Counted from the stretch's first letter, positions 26,147-38,080 are shown. The stretch is DNA of 64,000 bases from Firmicutes bacterium ADurb.Bin193 (GCA_002070105.1 MWCQ01000002.1:193496-257495), one strand, 5' to 3'. Translations and numbers: made by a program. Notes: a model not told the origin generated them from the sequence alone.

Positions 26147-26356
26147 ATGAAGGAAGGTATACATCCTAAATATAAAGCTACCACGATTAAATGCGCCTGC
26201 GGCGAAGTAATCGAAACAGCTTCGACAAGGGAGAACATGCATGTTGAAATTTGCAGCAAATGTCATCCGTTTTTTACGGGAAAACAAAAGCTGGTTGACA
26301 CCGGCGGACGCGTAGACAGGTTTAAACGCCGTTTCGGCATGACCGAGGGTAAATAA
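26147..26356 (+). CDS. rpmE: 50S ribosomal protein L31
   Basis: MKEGIHPKY...[13 protein letters not shown] is the canonical L31 sequence. Confidence 0.95.
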   Translation: MKEGIHPKYKATTIKCACGEVIETASTRENMHVEICSKCHPFFTGKQKLVDTGGRVDRFKRRFGMTEGK

Positions 26357-26376
26357 AGTAGGTACTTTTACAAAAA

Positions 26377-26415
26377 ACAGCGACAGGGATTATTCCCCGT
26401 CGCTGTTTTGTTTTG
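26377..26415 (+). terminator. rpmE rho-independent terminator
   Basis: ACAGCGACAGGG / CCCCGTCGCTGT stem followed by TTTTGTTTT. Confidence 0.7.
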
Positions 26416-26549
26416 GCTTTATTAAATACTATATCACAATCCGGAACGGTCAAGACCGTTCCATACATAGTATCGGCAGTCTCTTCCAACGCCTCATGGC
26501 GGAAAAAAGACAAGTTTTATCTTCGGTTTTAAGCAGGGATTGCCATAGA

Positions 26550-28079
26550 TTACATAATCGGTGCGAAAACCCGAAGGCCCATTTCTATTGCTTTGTCCGT
26601 CCACGGTCTTTTTCGCCAGCGCTCAAGTGAAATCTCATCACTTACCCCGAAAATATTTTCAAAGTCCTTTTTTATGTCCTCCGCCAAAGGCACATTGCAC
26701 ATCCAAACCCCACATTCGTAATGAAGGTAAAAGCTTCTGTAATCAAGGTTTACACTCCCCACAATCGCACTTTTCCCGTCGGATAAAATCATTTTGGAAT
26801 GCATAAATCCCGGAGTATATTCGTATATCTTAACACCGTTTTTCAAAAGATGGTCATAATATGAGCGGGTTATAAAGCGGGTATACCAGTGGTCAAAAAT
26901 ATTTGGTGTTACGATTCTTATATCAACACCGCTTTTTGCCGCGGTTATCATCGTATCCGTAAGCCTCTCGTCCGGTGTCAGATAGGGCGTTGTAATATAT
27001 ACAAAGTCCTTTGCGTTTGCAATCATCTGAATATACATTGTTTCGGCGGGGTTGCGCGGATTGTTTGTCGGCCCGTCCGCAAAGGGCTGATAAAAGCCTT
27101 TGCCGACTCCCTTTTTTGTCGGGTAGTAGATGCTGTAATCATTCGTTTCAACGCCGCCCGAAAATTCCCACATTTCAAGGAATATCCTCGTAAGCCCCCA
27201 TGCGCCTTCGCCCTCAAGCCTTACGGCACAATCCTTCCAATGCCCGTGCTTTTTATAAAGGTTCGCATATTCGTCGCCGATGTTAATACCGCCGGTATAC
27301 GCTATGTTCCCGTCTATAACGGCAATCTTCTGATGGTTGCGGTAATTAAAATAAAGCCTGTCAACATAGCGGTACATCGGGTTAAAGGCTATGTGCTTAA
27401 TCCCGTCGGTTTTCAGTTCGGAAACAAAGCTCCTTGTGTTTGTTGTTATGCTTCCCGCATCGTCGTACATAATCCGTATTTCGACGCCCTCAGCCGCCTT
27501 GCGCTTTAACACCTCATAAAGCCTATCCCATATCTGTCCTCTGTATACGATAAAATATTCAAGAAAAATAAATTTTTCGGCTTTTTCCAAATCGCAAAAA
27601 AGTGCATCAAAAAATTGCTCGCCCACGGGGTAGAAGCTTCCGTCGGTATCCGCATAGAGCGGAAAGCCCTCCGCATCAAGATATACCGAGAGCTTTTTGA
27701 GATAAGGCTCTTCAAGACCGAGACGGTCAACAACCTGTGGATCCCTCCGTAAAAACTTTTTTGACCGCTCCTCTATCATATCTATCTTTCTTCTTATTTT
27801 TCTGTTTTTGCTGCTCCTGCCCCACAGAAAGTACAATAACAATCCCGAAACGGACAAAATCGCAACAATCATAGCCCATGAAAATTTATATACCTGATTG
27901 TCGTTTTCGTTTATGAGCATAACGATAACGAGCATACAGGCAAACTCCAAAAGAGCATAGATAAAAGCAAAATAGTGCCGCAGAAAATGCACCGCGACAA
28001 CCATTATGAAAACCTGCAATACCACCAGGCTGAAAACCAGAAAGCTCTTAAAAAATCCGGAAATCCTTCCTGCCGTCAT
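26550..28079 (-). CDS. cls: Cardiolipin synthase
   Basis: N-terminal TM helices plus two HKD motifs (HQKIAVIDG, HSKMILSDG). Confidence 0.9.
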   Translation of the reverse strand: MTAGRISGFFKSFLVFSLVVLQVFIMVVAVHFLRHYFAFIYALLEFACMLVIVMLINENDNQVYKFSWAMIVAILSVSGLLLYFLWGRSSKNRKIRRKIDMIEERSKKFLRRDPQVVDRLGLEEPYLKKLSVYLDAEGFPLYADTDGSFYPVGEQFFDALFCDLEKAEKFIFLEYFIVYRGQIWDRLYEVLKRKAAEGVEIRIMYDDAGSITTNTRSFVSELKTDGIKHIAFNPMYRYVDRLYFNYRNHQKIAVIDGNIAYTGGINIGDEYANLYKKHGHWKDCAVRLEGEGAWGLTRIFLEMWEFSGGVETNDYSIYYPTKKGVGKGFYQPFADGPTNNPRNPAETMYIQMIANAKDFVYITTPYLTPDERLTDTMITAAKSGVDIRIVTPNIFDHWYTRFITRSYYDHLLKNGVKIYEYTPGFMHSKMILSDGKSAIVGSVNLDYRSFYLHYECGVWMCNVPLAEDIKKDFENIFGVSDEISLERWRKRPWTDKAIEMGLRVFAPIM

Positions 28080-28102
28080 GCCCTACCTCCGAATCCATAT
28101 CA

Positions 28103-28134
28103 CGACCTTTTCGGCAGGCATGCCGAAAAGGTCG
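28103..28134. other. Perfect 14-bp inverted repeat (hairpin) between the ACT gene and cls
   Basis: CGACCTTTTCGGCA-GGCA-TGCCGAAAAGGTCG. No flanking U-run on either strand. Confidence 0.6.
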
Positions 28135-28169
28135 GATAAGAAAGCTTATTTCTATAATATTATATGATA

Positions 28170-28601
28170 CTAAAGTGACGCCAAGTCATCTTTTGACAGA
28201 ATTTTTACCCCTGCCTGCGCTAAAACTTTTATCGCTTCGTAATTGTCGCCAACCTTTAGGATAACCATGGCATTATCCGCCGACCTTGTGACAAAAGCAT
28301 ACATATATTCGATTCCGATATTGTGTTCGTTCAAAACCGCAAGTGCGCTCGCAAGACCACCCGGTACATGGGGAATGGAAATCCCGATTACTTCCGTGGC
28401 TTTTGCGGTGAGGCCGTAATCCTTAACAAGCTGTTCCGCAGCGTCGGGGTTGGAAACGATAAGCCTTAAGATACCGAAGTCGGTTGTGTCGGCAATTGAC
28501 AGTGCAAGGATGTTAACGCCGTTTTCACCCAAAAGCTTGGTTATATCCGCAAGCCGACCCGATTTGTTCTCGATAAAAATTGATATTTGCTTAATTAACA
28601 C
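28170..28601 (-). CDS. ACT domain-containing protein
   Basis: 143 aa with tandem ACT-like repeats (ISIFIENKSGRLADITKLL). Typical partner of paaK/ior clusters. Confidence 0.85.
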   Translation of the reverse strand: MLIKQISIFIENKSGRLADITKLLGENGVNILALSIADTTDFGILRLIVSNPDAAEQLVKDYGLTAKATEVIGISIPHVPGGLASALAVLNEHNIGIEYMYAFVTRSADNAMVILKVGDNYEAIKVLAQAGVKILSKDDLASL

Positions 28602-28624
28602 GGCACATTCCTCCTATACTTTTT

Positions 28625-29929
28625 CTATTTTTTACGCTTGTCAATTACTCTCTTTGCCTTGCCCTCGCTTCGCTGAATGGTCTTCGACTCAACAAGCGTT
28701 ATCTTCGCCGAAAGACCGAGTATACTTTCTATATTCTTTTTTATTCTGTTTTCAAGGTCTTCAATCTTCTTAACCTCGTCCGAAACCATGTCGGGCGTAA
28801 GCTCGACCTGAATTTCGATTGTGTCAAGGGTTCCGACCCTGTCGACTATTATCATGTAGTGCGGAGATGTTTCGCCCATTTCCAGCAGCACGCTTTCGAT
28901 CTGTGACGGGAAAACATTAACTCCCCTTATTATAAGCATATCGTCCGTTCTGCCGCTCGGCTTCGCCATTCTCGCCATCGTCCTGCCGCACTCGCAGACA
29001 TCATAGTCAAGCGACGAAACATCGCGCGTTCTGTACCTGATAAGCGGGAAGCCCTCCTTGGTGAGTGTTGTGAACACAAGCTCACCGTTTGTTTTTGCGG
29101 GGAGCGTTTCGCCCGTGTTGGGGTTTATTATTTCGGGTATAAAATGGTCCTCCCATACATGAAGACCTTTTTGGCAAACACAGTCCATGGATACGCCCGG
29201 CCCCATAATTTCACTTAAACCGTAAATATCGTGCGCTTTTATTTTAAGTCTTTCCTCGATTTCGACTCTCATACTCTCCGTCCACGGCTCCGCACCGAAA
29301 ACGCCCGCTTTAAGTTTAATGTCGTCGGGTTTAATCCCCATTTCCTCCATTGTTTCGGCAAGGTACAGGGCATAAGACGGAGTACAGCAAAGCACCGTCG
29401 TCCCAAAGTCCTGCATAATGGTAATCTGGCGCTGGGTGTTGCCCGACGAGGTAGGTATCGTAACCGCACCGATGCGCTCTGCGCCGTAATGTGCACCAAG
29501 CCCGCCCGTGAACAGGCCATAGCCGTACGAAACCTGAATTCTTGAGGTTTTGTCCGCACCCGTCATAGCAAAGCATCTTGCCATAAGCTCCGACCAAAGA
29601 GAAATATCGTTTTGCGTATAGCCGACAACCGTCTGCTTCCCCGTTGTTCCGCTTGAGGCATGCACACGCACAATTTCGTCAAGAGGCGAGGCAAAAAGAC
29701 CGAAGGGATATGTTTCCCTTAAATCCTGCTTTGTCGTGAAAGGAAGCTTTTCCAAATCCTCCACAGACTTAATATCCTCAGGCACCAAGCCCTTTTCATG
29801 CATTTTATTCCTATAATACGGAACATTGGTATATACGCGCTTAACAAGCGCAACCAGTCTTTTTGACTGAAGGTCGTGCAGACGGTCCCTTGTCATGCAC
29901 TCGTTTTCTCTGTCCCAAAAACTGCCCAT
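28625..29929 (-). CDS. paaK: Phenylacetate-CoA ligase family protein
   Basis: 434 aa. AMP-binding motif SSGTTGK and a PaaK-type N-terminus. Confidence 0.9.
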   Translation of the reverse strand: MGSFWDRENECMTRDRLHDLQSKRLVALVKRVYTNVPYYRNKMHEKGLVPEDIKSVEDLEKLPFTTKQDLRETYPFGLFASPLDEIVRVHASSGTTGKQTVVGYTQNDISLWSELMARCFAMTGADKTSRIQVSYGYGLFTGGLGAHYGAERIGAVTIPTSSGNTQRQITIMQDFGTTVLCCTPSYALYLAETMEEMGIKPDDIKLKAGVFGAEPWTESMRVEIEERLKIKAHDIYGLSEIMGPGVSMDCVCQKGLHVWEDHFIPEIINPNTGETLPAKTNGELVFTTLTKEGFPLIRYRTRDVSSLDYDVCECGRTMARMAKPSGRTDDMLIIRGVNVFPSQIESVLLEMGETSPHYMIIVDRVGTLDTIEIQVELTPDMVSDEVKKIEDLENRIKKNIESILGLSAKITLVESKTIQRSEGKAKRVIDKRKK

Positions 29930-29956
29930 TTGATTACCCCCTTTGCAATATCCCTT

Positions 29957-30544
29957 TTATTTCAAAGCCATTCCTTTATTATAACCGATTTCAAACGCCT
30001 TTTTGTTTACTTCCAAAAATTTCGGAGGAACGCAGGAGACAAGCGCACTCTCCCAAATGCCTTTATCTATTTCCGTGCGTGATGCCAAAAGCCCGATTAA
30101 AACAACATTTACCGCCTTCGCATTGCCCGCCTCTATCGCAAGCGACAGGGCATCTATCGGTATAATTTCGGCACTCGTATTTTTGATTTTATCAATAATA
30201 TCCTGCGGATACTCCGCCGCACCCGTTATTACGGGCATTGGATTTATTTTTTGTGAGTTTATGAGCATCATACCGCCCTTTTTAAGATAGCGAAGATATC
30301 TGTACGCCTCAAGCTGTTCAAATGCCAGAATTATGTCCGCTTCACCCTCCGCAATTACGGGAGAGTAAACCTTGTCGCCATACTTGACATATGTAACAAC
30401 GCTTCCGCCGCGCTGGGACATTCCGTGAACCTCCGAAACCTTTACATCACAGCCCAGTTGCGTTGCTACATCTCCGAGTATTCGGCTTGCAAGAAGGGTC
30501 CCCTGTCCGCCGACGCCCACAATCATTATATTACTTTGCATCAT
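29957..30544 (-). CDS. iorB: Indolepyruvate ferredoxin oxidoreductase subunit beta
   Basis: IMIVGVGGQGTLLASRILG. 195 aa. Overlaps the iorA 3' end. Confidence 0.9.
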   Translation of the reverse strand: MMQSNIMIVGVGGQGTLLASRILGDVATQLGCDVKVSEVHGMSQRGGSVVTYVKYGDKVYSPVIAEGEADIILAFEQLEAYRYLRYLKKGGMMLINSQKINPMPVITGAAEYPQDIIDKIKNTSAEIIPIDALSLAIEAGNAKAVNVVLIGLLASRTEIDKGIWESALVSCVPPKFLEVNKKAFEIGYNKGMALK

Positions 30545-32279
30545 CGTCGCCCCCTATCGCATTAAACCTGCACACACGCACACAAAGCTCACAGCCTGTG
30601 CATTGAGTGGGGTCGATTCTGACCTTGCCGTCAACCACGGATATTGCCGGACATCCAAGCTTCATACATATCTTGCAGCTTTTACAGTTGTTGTTTATTC
30701 TCAGCGCAGCCCCCCTAAAGGCGGTTTTCAAAAGCGCGCAGGGTCTTTTCGCAATGATTACCGAAGGCTCGTCCGCGGAAATTTCCTCTTTTACAACCTT
30801 TTCAAAGCCTTCAAGGTCAAACGGGTCGGCAACCCTAACCCTGTCAACGCCGACCGCATGACACAGCTTTACAAGGTCGACGCTTTTAGTCGGCTCTCCC
30901 TTAATGGTAAAGCCTGTCGCGGGGTTATCCTGATGACCCGTCATTCCCGTTATGGAATTATCGAGTATGATAACGGTTCCTCTGCCCTTGTTGTATACTA
31001 CATCTATAAGCCCCGTTATTCCGCTGTGTAAAAAGGTTGAGTCGCCGATTACGCTTACTACTTTTTTGCTAAACTCGCTTCCCCTTGCCTTTTCCATGCC
31101 GTGCGCCATTCCGATGCTTGCACCCATACAGACGCAGGTATCCATGCTCGCAAGCGGAGCAAGCGCACCGAGGGTGTAACAGCCTATATCGCCGCTTACT
31201 ATAAGCCCCAGCTTTTTGAGGACATAGAATGTTCCCCTGTGGGGGCAACCAGCACACATAACGGGAGGCCTTATAGGAGGCTCCTCGCCGATTTTGTACG
31301 AAAAGGCATCCTCCCCGAAAACCGCTTTTCTTATCTGCGCCACATTAAACTCGCCGATGTTCGGAAGAATGTCCTTTCCCGAAACCTCAATGCCGAGTAT
31401 TTTGCAGTGGTTTTCGATTACAGGCTCAAGCTCTTCGATTACATATACCTTTTCCACGCCCGCCGCAAAATCCTTAATAAGCTTTGACGGAAGGGGGTTA
31501 ATCATCCCCAGCTTCAAAAAAGAGGCGTCGGGAAAAACCTCCTTGGCATATTGATATGCAATTCCCGCCGAGATTACTCCGATTTTTTTGCTTTTTTTCT
31601 CGACTGTATTAAATTCGCAATCCTCCGCAAGGGTGCGCATATCTTCAAGCCGCTTTTCGACATAGTGATGGCGCTTCATTGCCATTGCGGGCATCATTAC
31701 ATTCTTTGCGGTGTCCTTTACATACTCGCGAAGGTTTTTTTCCTCACGCTCGCACTCGTCAACAAGACTTTGCGAATGGGAAACTCTTGTGGACAGGCGT
31801 ATTAATATGGGAGTGTCGTATTTTTCGCTTAAATCGAAGGCTTTTTTGACATAGTCCTTACATTCGGCGCTGTCAGACGGTTCAAGCATCGGAACCTTTG
31901 CGGATATGGCGATAAGTCGGCTGTCCTGTTCGTTCTGACTGCTGTGCATGCCCTGATCGTCAGCCACGCACACAACAAGTCCGCCGCCCACGCCCGTATA
32001 TGATGCGGTGTAAAGCGGGTCCGATGCGACATTAAGCCCGACATGCTTCATACATGACATCGCCCTTGCGCCACCGAAGGATGCACCTATCGCGACCTCA
32101 AGCGCAACCTTTTCGTTGGGCGCCCACTCGGAGTATATTTCATCGTATTTTGCAATAGATTCGGTTATTTCCGTACTGGGTGTTCCGGGGTATGACGATA
32201 CGACCAAAACGCCCGCCTCATACGCTCCTCTGGCAACAGCCTCGTTGCCGAGCATAAGTCTTTTCATTACAAGTGTCAT
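30531..32279 (-). CDS. iorA: Indolepyruvate ferredoxin oxidoreductase subunit alpha
   Basis: 582 aa. TPP-binding region plus C-terminal 2x[4Fe-4S] motifs (CKSCKIC...CP; CTGCELCVRVC). Confidence 0.9.
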   Translation of the reverse strand: MTLVMKRLMLGNEAVARGAYEAGVLVVSSYPGTPSTEITESIAKYDEIYSEWAPNEKVALEVAIGASFGGARAMSCMKHVGLNVASDPLYTASYTGVGGGLVVCVADDQGMHSSQNEQDSRLIAISAKVPMLEPSDSAECKDYVKKAFDLSEKYDTPILIRLSTRVSHSQSLVDECEREEKNLREYVKDTAKNVMMPAMAMKRHHYVEKRLEDMRTLAEDCEFNTVEKKSKKIGVISAGIAYQYAKEVFPDASFLKLGMINPLPSKLIKDFAAGVEKVYVIEELEPVIENHCKILGIEVSGKDILPNIGEFNVAQIRKAVFGEDAFSYKIGEEPPIRPPVMCAGCPHRGTFYVLKKLGLIVSGDIGCYTLGALAPLASMDTCVCMGASIGMAHGMEKARGSEFSKKVVSVIGDSTFLHSGITGLIDVVYNKGRGTVIILDNSITGMTGHQDNPATGFTIKGEPTKSVDLVKLCHAVGVDRVRVADPFDLEGFEKVVKEEISADEPSVIIAKRPCALLKTAFRGAALRINNNCKSCKICMKLGCPAISVVDGKVRIDPTQCTGCELCVRVCRFNAIGGDDDAK

Positions 32280-32357
32280 TCCTTTCCGAAGGTCTGGGGT
32301 AAACGGATATACCCTGAATTAAAAAGGCATATCCGTTGTTATAACGCAACATTTGAG

Positions 32358-33662
32358 TTATTTCTGTTTTTCTCCCCTCAAATCTATAACCCGCTTTGCC
32401 TTTCCCACCGAGCGCTCTATTGTCTTGGGCTCGGCAAGCTGAACCTTGGCATCAATACCCAAAACAACATGGAGCTTATGGCGTATATGCTTTTCAAGCG
32501 ACTCAAGTCTTGAAAACGAATCGAGAAGCGAGCTGTCCTCAAGTTCTACAACAACCTTAAGCTCATCAATATATCCGTTTTTAGTAACCACAAGCTGATA
32601 GTGCGGGCTTATGTGTTCAATGCCCAAAAGCACGCTTTCAACCTGAGTGGGGAATACATTTACGCCCCTGATGATAAGCATATCGTCTGTTCTGCCCTGA
32701 ATTTTGTGCATACGGACGCTTGTCCTTCCGCAGGGACAAGGCTCGTACATAAGGCAGGTTATGTCCTTTGTGCGGTATCTCAACAGGGGAATACCCTCTT
32801 TCGAAACCGTGGTTATTACAAGCTCTCCAAACTCACCCTCCGGCAACACCTCGCCTGTTTCGGAGTTTATGATTTCGGGAATGAAAAAGTCCTCGTTAAT
32901 ATGCATGCCCGTCTTGTGAATACATTCACCCGAAACGCCCGGACCTATAAGCTCACTCATTCCATAGTTTTCCGTGGCGATAATGCCCCAGCGTTTTTCA
33001 AGCTCCGCACGCATCTCCTCCGTAGAACCCTCCGCACCGAAAAGCCCGACTTTAAGGCAGATATCCGATTTTTTTACGCCGAGATCTTCCATTACCTCCG
33101 CCATGTAAAGTGCGTATGACGGCGTACTTACAAGGATTGTGCTTTTATAGTCCTGCATAATCATAATCTGTTTTTCGGTGTTTCCGCTTGACATGGGTAT
33201 AACCGTCGCTCCGATTTTCTCAAGCCCGTAGTGAAGCCCGAAAGCGCCGGTAAACAGTCCGTAGCCGAAGGCTATCTGCGCCGTGTCGTCCGCCGTCGCA
33301 CCCGCCATTGTGGCAAGCCTTGCAACGCACTCGCTCCACATATCAAGGTCTGCTGCGGTATAGCCGACCGTCGTCGGTTTTCCCGTCGTTCCGCTTGAGG
33401 CGTGGATACGAACTATATTTTTCATCGGAACCGCAAAAAGTCCGAAGGGATAGTTGTCACGCAGGTCGTCCTTAACGGTAAAGGGTATTTTTTTAATATC
33501 CTCAAGTGTTTTTATGCTGTCGGGGGTTATGCCCGCCTCGTCCAGTTTTTTGCGGTAAAAGGGAACCTTGTTGTAAACCCTTTTTACCGTTGCCTGCAAA
33601 CGCCTGAGCTGAAGCGCCTGCATATCCTTTCTGGACATTGTCTCTATTTCCTTGTTCCACAT
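32358..33662 (-). CDS. paaK: Phenylacetate-CoA ligase family protein (second paralog)
   Basis: 434 aa, colinear with 28625..29929 (SSGTTGKPT; [15 protein letters not shown]). Confidence 0.9.
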   Translation of the reverse strand: MWNKEIETMSRKDMQALQLRRLQATVKRVYNKVPFYRKKLDEAGITPDSIKTLEDIKKIPFTVKDDLRDNYPFGLFAVPMKNIVRIHASSGTTGKPTTVGYTAADLDMWSECVARLATMAGATADDTAQIAFGYGLFTGAFGLHYGLEKIGATVIPMSSGNTEKQIMIMQDYKSTILVSTPSYALYMAEVMEDLGVKKSDICLKVGLFGAEGSTEEMRAELEKRWGIIATENYGMSELIGPGVSGECIHKTGMHINEDFFIPEIINSETGEVLPEGEFGELVITTVSKEGIPLLRYRTKDITCLMYEPCPCGRTSVRMHKIQGRTDDMLIIRGVNVFPTQVESVLLGIEHISPHYQLVVTKNGYIDELKVVVELEDSSLLDSFSRLESLEKHIRHKLHVVLGIDAKVQLAEPKTIERSVGKAKRVIDLRGEKQK

Positions 33663-33668
33663 TTGATT

Positions 33669-35249
33669 TTATCTCCCTCCGGTCTCAATCCCAAACGATG
33701 ATTTTATATGATCGACTGGTACACTTTTTGTCAAAAGGCTTACGACAGGAACAATCACAACCGAAACCACCATCGCACATACGCCAAACTGGGGTGACAT
33801 GCTCATCGCAACTTTGAAATCACCAGAGGTTATGGTATATATTGTGGTAAGAGCCACGACTGTAACTAGCCCGCTTATAAGCCCTGCCCATGCACCGGCC
33901 TTAGTGGTCTTTTTGTAGTAAAGTCCCCAAATGAACGGCCCGATAAAGCAGCCCGACACTATGCCCCATGAGAAGGACATAAGGTTTACGATAAAGGTTA
34001 TGTTGGTAACCGCGAAAAGGAAGGATGCCGCCACAAACAACAGGCAGAGAAGGCGAAGCGCTGTAACCTTGTGCTGCTCCTTTATGTTCGGGTGTACTAC
34101 CGGCAAAAGGTCAACCGAAATTGCGCTTGACGATGTTAAAACGACACCCGCAAGCGTAGACATTGAAGCCGAAAGCAGAAGGAGCATTATAACCGCTAAA
34201 ATAATGGTTGTTATAAGGCTTCCGTCGTTTCCGAGCGCCTGCATTAAAATTTGAGGGACAACCATATCAAAACCGTCCTTGGGCATTCCTTTTTCCGCAA
34301 TGGGAACAAAAATCCTGCCGAGCACGCCGACATAGTATGCGCTGACGCCGATTATGAGGGCAAACGATGTTGAAATAACCGTTGCCTGCTTTATGCTCTT
34401 TTCGTCCTTTATTGCATAATACTTCATAATCATCTGGGGAAGTCCCCATGTTCCGAAGCTTGTAAGCATTATGTTGTATGCAAGGAACTTCCAGTTGCTA
34501 CCGCCGAACCAGTTTGTAAGGCTTGTATTCCCTGCCGCGTCACCAAGCGCCTTTATCTTGGCAAACCCGGTCGAAAATCCGCCGACCGCAGGATTGTATG
34601 TAATGGCAAAAACCATTACCACAGCGCCCGCTATCATAATTACACCCTGGATAAAATCGTTGTATGCCGTTGCGACATAACCGCCGAAAACGAGATATAT
34701 CGCAGTCAGAATCGCAACGATAGACATTACTATCATTATGTCGGCGCCGGGGAATATTGTTACGAAAAGCGAGCCGAGCCCCTTGTAAACAGCCGCCGAA
34801 TAGGGGACAAGAAAAACAAATATTATAAGTGCGGAATAAACCTTCATTGCCGTGCTTCCGTAGCGTCCCTCAAAAAATTCGGGCATTGTTTTAGCGCCGA
34901 GCCTGTGTGTCATTCCTCTTGTGCGTTTTGCAAGAATGAGCCACGCTATAAGGCTTCCCAAAATTGCATTACCCACACCTATCCATATTGAAGCATAACC
35001 TATGTCCCAGCCGTGCTTGCCCGCATAGCCGATGAATATTACTGCGGAAAAATATGTCGTACCATAAGCAAACGCGCTAATCCATGCGCCTATTTTACGC
35101 CCGCCGAGCAAAAAACCTTCAACGGTTTTAGCTCTTTTTGTGGCATAAAACCCGACCAGTACCATAATTATCGAAAACAATATCAATGCCACAATCGTTG
35201 TCATCTGAACCTGTGCGAGATTCTGCATACTTACCGTACCCATCATCAA
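33669..35249 (-). CDS. Sodium:solute symporter family transporter
   Basis: 526 aa, polytopic, with an SSS-type pattern. Substrate unknown. Confidence 0.8.
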   Translation of the reverse strand: MMMGTVSMQNLAQVQMTTIVALILFSIIMVLVGFYATKRAKTVEGFLLGGRKIGAWISAFAYGTTYFSAVIFIGYAGKHGWDIGYASIWIGVGNAILGSLIAWLILAKRTRGMTHRLGAKTMPEFFEGRYGSTAMKVYSALIIFVFLVPYSAAVYKGLGSLFVTIFPGADIMIVMSIVAILTAIYLVFGGYVATAYNDFIQGVIMIAGAVVMVFAITYNPAVGGFSTGFAKIKALGDAAGNTSLTNWFGGSNWKFLAYNIMLTSFGTWGLPQMIMKYYAIKDEKSIKQATVISTSFALIIGVSAYYVGVLGRIFVPIAEKGMPKDGFDMVVPQILMQALGNDGSLITTIILAVIMLLLLSASMSTLAGVVLTSSSAISVDLLPVVHPNIKEQHKVTALRLLCLLFVAASFLFAVTNITFIVNLMSFSWGIVSGCFIGPFIWGLYYKKTTKAGAWAGLISGLVTVVALTTIYTITSGDFKVAMSMSPQFGVCAMVVSVVIVPVVSLLTKSVPVDHIKSSFGIETGGR

Positions 35250-35263
35250 AACCCTCCTTAAAT

Positions 35264-37675
35264 TTATTTTACTACAATATTTACAAGTCTTTTGGGGATA
35301 ACTATAACCTTTATAATCTCTTTATCCCCTAAAAACTCGGTTATTTTCTCAGCAGCAAGCGCCTTCGCCCTGACCGATTCATTATCTTCGTCCGCTCCGA
35401 CAACAAGCTTATCCCTTACCTTGCCGTTTATCTGAATTACTATTTCAATCTCATCATCGACCGTTTTTGCGGGATCGTAACTCACCCATTTTTGGTCCGT
35501 TATCGCACCCTTCGCCCCGATTTTCTCCCAAAGCTCTTCGGTAATATGCGGCGCAAACGGATTCAAAAGAATTAATAGTGTCTTAAACTCGCCCTTTGTT
35601 ACCGCTCCTACCCTTGTTATCTCGTTTATCAGGCTCATAAGTGCGGCTATGGCGGTGTTAAACTTCATTCGGTCGATATCTTCGGTAACCTTTTTTATTG
35701 TTTTGTGCATAATGCTCTCAAGCTCCGGTGAGTAGCCTTCGCCGTCCTTTAGAATGTCCGTAAGCCCCCACACGCGCTCCAAAAACTTGAAGCAACCCTT
35801 AACGCCCTGCATAGACCACGGAGTTGCCTGGTCGAATGCGCCGATAAACATCTCATAGGTTCTGAAGGTATCCGCCCCGAAATCCCTTACTATATCGTCG
35901 GGGTTTATAACATTGCCCCTCGACTTGCTCATCTTCTCGCCGTTCTCGCCGAGTATCATTCCGTGGGAGGTTCTTTTTTGATAGGGCTCACTTGTCGGAA
36001 CAACGCCAATGTCATAGAGGAACTTATGCCAGAACCTCGAATAAAGAAGGTGAAGGGTCGTATGCTCCATTCCGCCGTTGTACCAGTCAACGGGAAGCCA
36101 GTATTTAAGCTCATCCATTCCGGCGAGGAAATCCTTGTTTTTCGGGTCGATATACCGAAGGAAATACCATGACGAGCCTGCCCATTGCGGCATTGTGTCC
36201 GTCTCCCTCTCGGCGGCGCCCCCGCACTTCGGACAAGTTGTTTTGACCCAGTCCGTAAGCTTCGCAAGCGGAGATTCGCCCTCGTCACCCGGCTCAAAGT
36301 TTTCTGTTTCGGGGAGGAGAAGCGGAAGCTCACTTTCGGGAATCGCAACATACCCGCACTTTTCACAATGCACGAGGGGTATGGGCTCGCCCCAATACCT
36401 CTGGCGCGAGAAAACCCAGTCACGAAACTTGTAGTTAACCTTTTTTACGCCTATTTTGTTATCTTCGAGATACTTAATCATGGCGGGAATGGCAGCGGTT
36501 ACCTCCATTCCGTTCATGAAGCCCGAATTTACCATTATGCCCTTGTCAACATCGGTGTACGCTTCTTTTTGAACATCGACTCCGCCCGAAACAACCTCTA
36601 TTATCGGGAGACCGAATTTTTTTGCGAAGTCCCAGTCACGCGAATCGTGTGCGGGAACAGCCATAATCGCACCCGTTCCGTATGTAACCAGAACATAGTC
36701 CGATATCCATATCGGAATTTCCTTGTTGTTTACGGGATTTATCGCGCTTATGCCTTTTAGCATAACTCCGGTTTTTTCCTTTGCAAGCTCGGTCCGCTCA
36801 AACTCTGATTTCTTTGCGGCGGCGGCTTTATACTCCATAACCTCCGCCAAATTCGTAATTTTGTCCTTGTACTTTTCCACATACGGGTGTTCGGGCGACA
36901 AAACCATATAGGTCGCGCCGAATAGCGTGTCGGGGCGGGTTGTGTAAACGGTTATAATGTCATCGGTTCCGCTTACCTTAAAGTTGACCTCCGCACCCTC
37001 GGAACGCCCTATCCAGTTTTTCTGCTGAATTTTAACCTTTTCGATATAATCAAGCCCGTCCAAATCGTCTATTAAACGCTGGGCGTATTTTGTTATTTTA
37101 AGCATCCACTGGCTTTTTTCCTTTTGAACAACCTCGCTTCCGCAACGCTCGCAAACGCCGTTTACAACCTCCTCGTTAGCAAGCCCAACCTTACAGCCCG
37201 TACAGTAATTTATCGGCATTTTCGCCTTGTACGCAAGACCGTTTTCAAAAAGCTTTAAAAAAATCCACTGCGTCCACTTGTAATACTCCGGGTCGGTTGT
37301 GTTAATCTCTCTTGACCAGTCAAACCCGAAACCGAGCATTTTAAGCTGTCTTTTGAAATTTTCAATGTTCTTTTCAGTTACGACAGCGGGATGGATTTTA
37401 TTCGCAATGGCATAGTTCTCCGTCGGAAGTCCGAAGGCATCCCAACCCATCGGGAACAGAACATTATACCCCTCAAGGCGTTTTTTCCTTGTTATGATGT
37501 CGATTGCGGTGTAGCCCCGCGGATGTCCGACATGAAGCCCGTGTCCCGAAGGGTAGGGAAATTCGACAAGACCGTAAAACTTCGGCCTTGACTTATCCAC
37601 ACCTGCTCTGAAAGTCTGATTTTCGTCCCAGATTTTTTGCCACTTTTTTTCGATTTCTCTGTAATTGTACCGCAC
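35264..37675 (-). CDS. leuS: Leucine-tRNA ligase
   Basis: 803 aa. HVGH and KMSKS motifs plus a CP1 editing region. Confidence 0.95.
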   Translation of the reverse strand: MRYNYREIEKKWQKIWDENQTFRAGVDKSRPKFYGLVEFPYPSGHGLHVGHPRGYTAIDIITRKKRLEGYNVLFPMGWDAFGLPTENYAIANKIHPAVVTEKNIENFKRQLKMLGFGFDWSREINTTDPEYYKWTQWIFLKLFENGLAYKAKMPINYCTGCKVGLANEEVVNGVCERCGSEVVQKEKSQWMLKITKYAQRLIDDLDGLDYIEKVKIQQKNWIGRSEGAEVNFKVSGTDDIITVYTTRPDTLFGATYMVLSPEHPYVEKYKDKITNLAEVMEYKAAAAKKSEFERTELAKEKTGVMLKGISAINPVNNKEIPIWISDYVLVTYGTGAIMAVPAHDSRDWDFAKKFGLPIIEVVSGGVDVQKEAYTDVDKGIMVNSGFMNGMEVTAAIPAMIKYLEDNKIGVKKVNYKFRDWVFSRQRYWGEPIPLVHCEKCGYVAIPESELPLLLPETENFEPGDEGESPLAKLTDWVKTTCPKCGGAAERETDTMPQWAGSSWYFLRYIDPKNKDFLAGMDELKYWLPVDWYNGGMEHTTLHLLYSRFWHKFLYDIGVVPTSEPYQKRTSHGMILGENGEKMSKSRGNVINPDDIVRDFGADTFRTYEMFIGAFDQATPWSMQGVKGCFKFLERVWGLTDILKDGEGYSPELESIMHKTIKKVTEDIDRMKFNTAIAALMSLINEITRVGAVTKGEFKTLLILLNPFAPHITEELWEKIGAKGAITDQKWVSYDPAKTVDDEIEIVIQINGKVRDKLVVGADEDNESVRAKALAAEKITEFLGDKEIIKVIVIPKRLVNIVVK

Positions 37676-37720
37676 CGTTTTTACGCCTCCAATAACTCAG
37701 TTAAGCCGTTTTCCGTAATT

Positions 37721-38068
37721 TTAGTGATTTTTCCAGTCTATCTTCTTTCCGTCTGTCCAAAGATGTTCAAGATTGTAAAAATCCCGTGTTTCACCGAAGA
37801 AAATATGAACGATTACATCACGATAGTCAAGCAGCACCCATGTTGCGCTTCCGTAGCCCTCCTTGTGAAAGCCCGTTTCACAGTCCTTCCCGCCGATTTG
37901 AAATTCAACCTCGTCGGCAAGCGCCTTAACATGGGTTGAGGAGGTTCCCGAACAGATAATAAAATAATCGGCTAACTGACTTATACCGCTTATGTCGATT
38001 ACCTCAATCCCCTGCGCCTTTTTATCGTCTAAAATTGTTGCAATTCTTTTCGCAAGCTCAAATGACAT
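37721..38068 (-). CDS. rsfS: Ribosome silencing factor
   Basis: 115 aa; ADYFIICSGTSSTHVKALADEV. Confidence 0.9.
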   Translation of the reverse strand: MSFELAKRIATILDDKKAQGIEVIDISGISQLADYFIICSGTSSTHVKALADEVEFQIGGKDCETGFHKEGYGSATWVLLDYRDVIVHIFFGETRDFYNLEHLWTDGKKIDWKNH

Positions 38069-38080
38069 AAATTACTCCTT

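Noticed and set aside
28103-28134. 14-bp perfect hairpin as the intrinsic terminator of the ior/paaK/ACT operon
   Set aside because: There is no U-tract on either strand. It is kept only as a structural feature and may be a processing or protein-binding site.
37676-37720. Looked for a T-box leader upstream of leuS
   Set aside because: Only 45 nt separate leuS from the rsfS stop, which is far too short for a T-box. leuS appears to be co-transcribed with rsfS.
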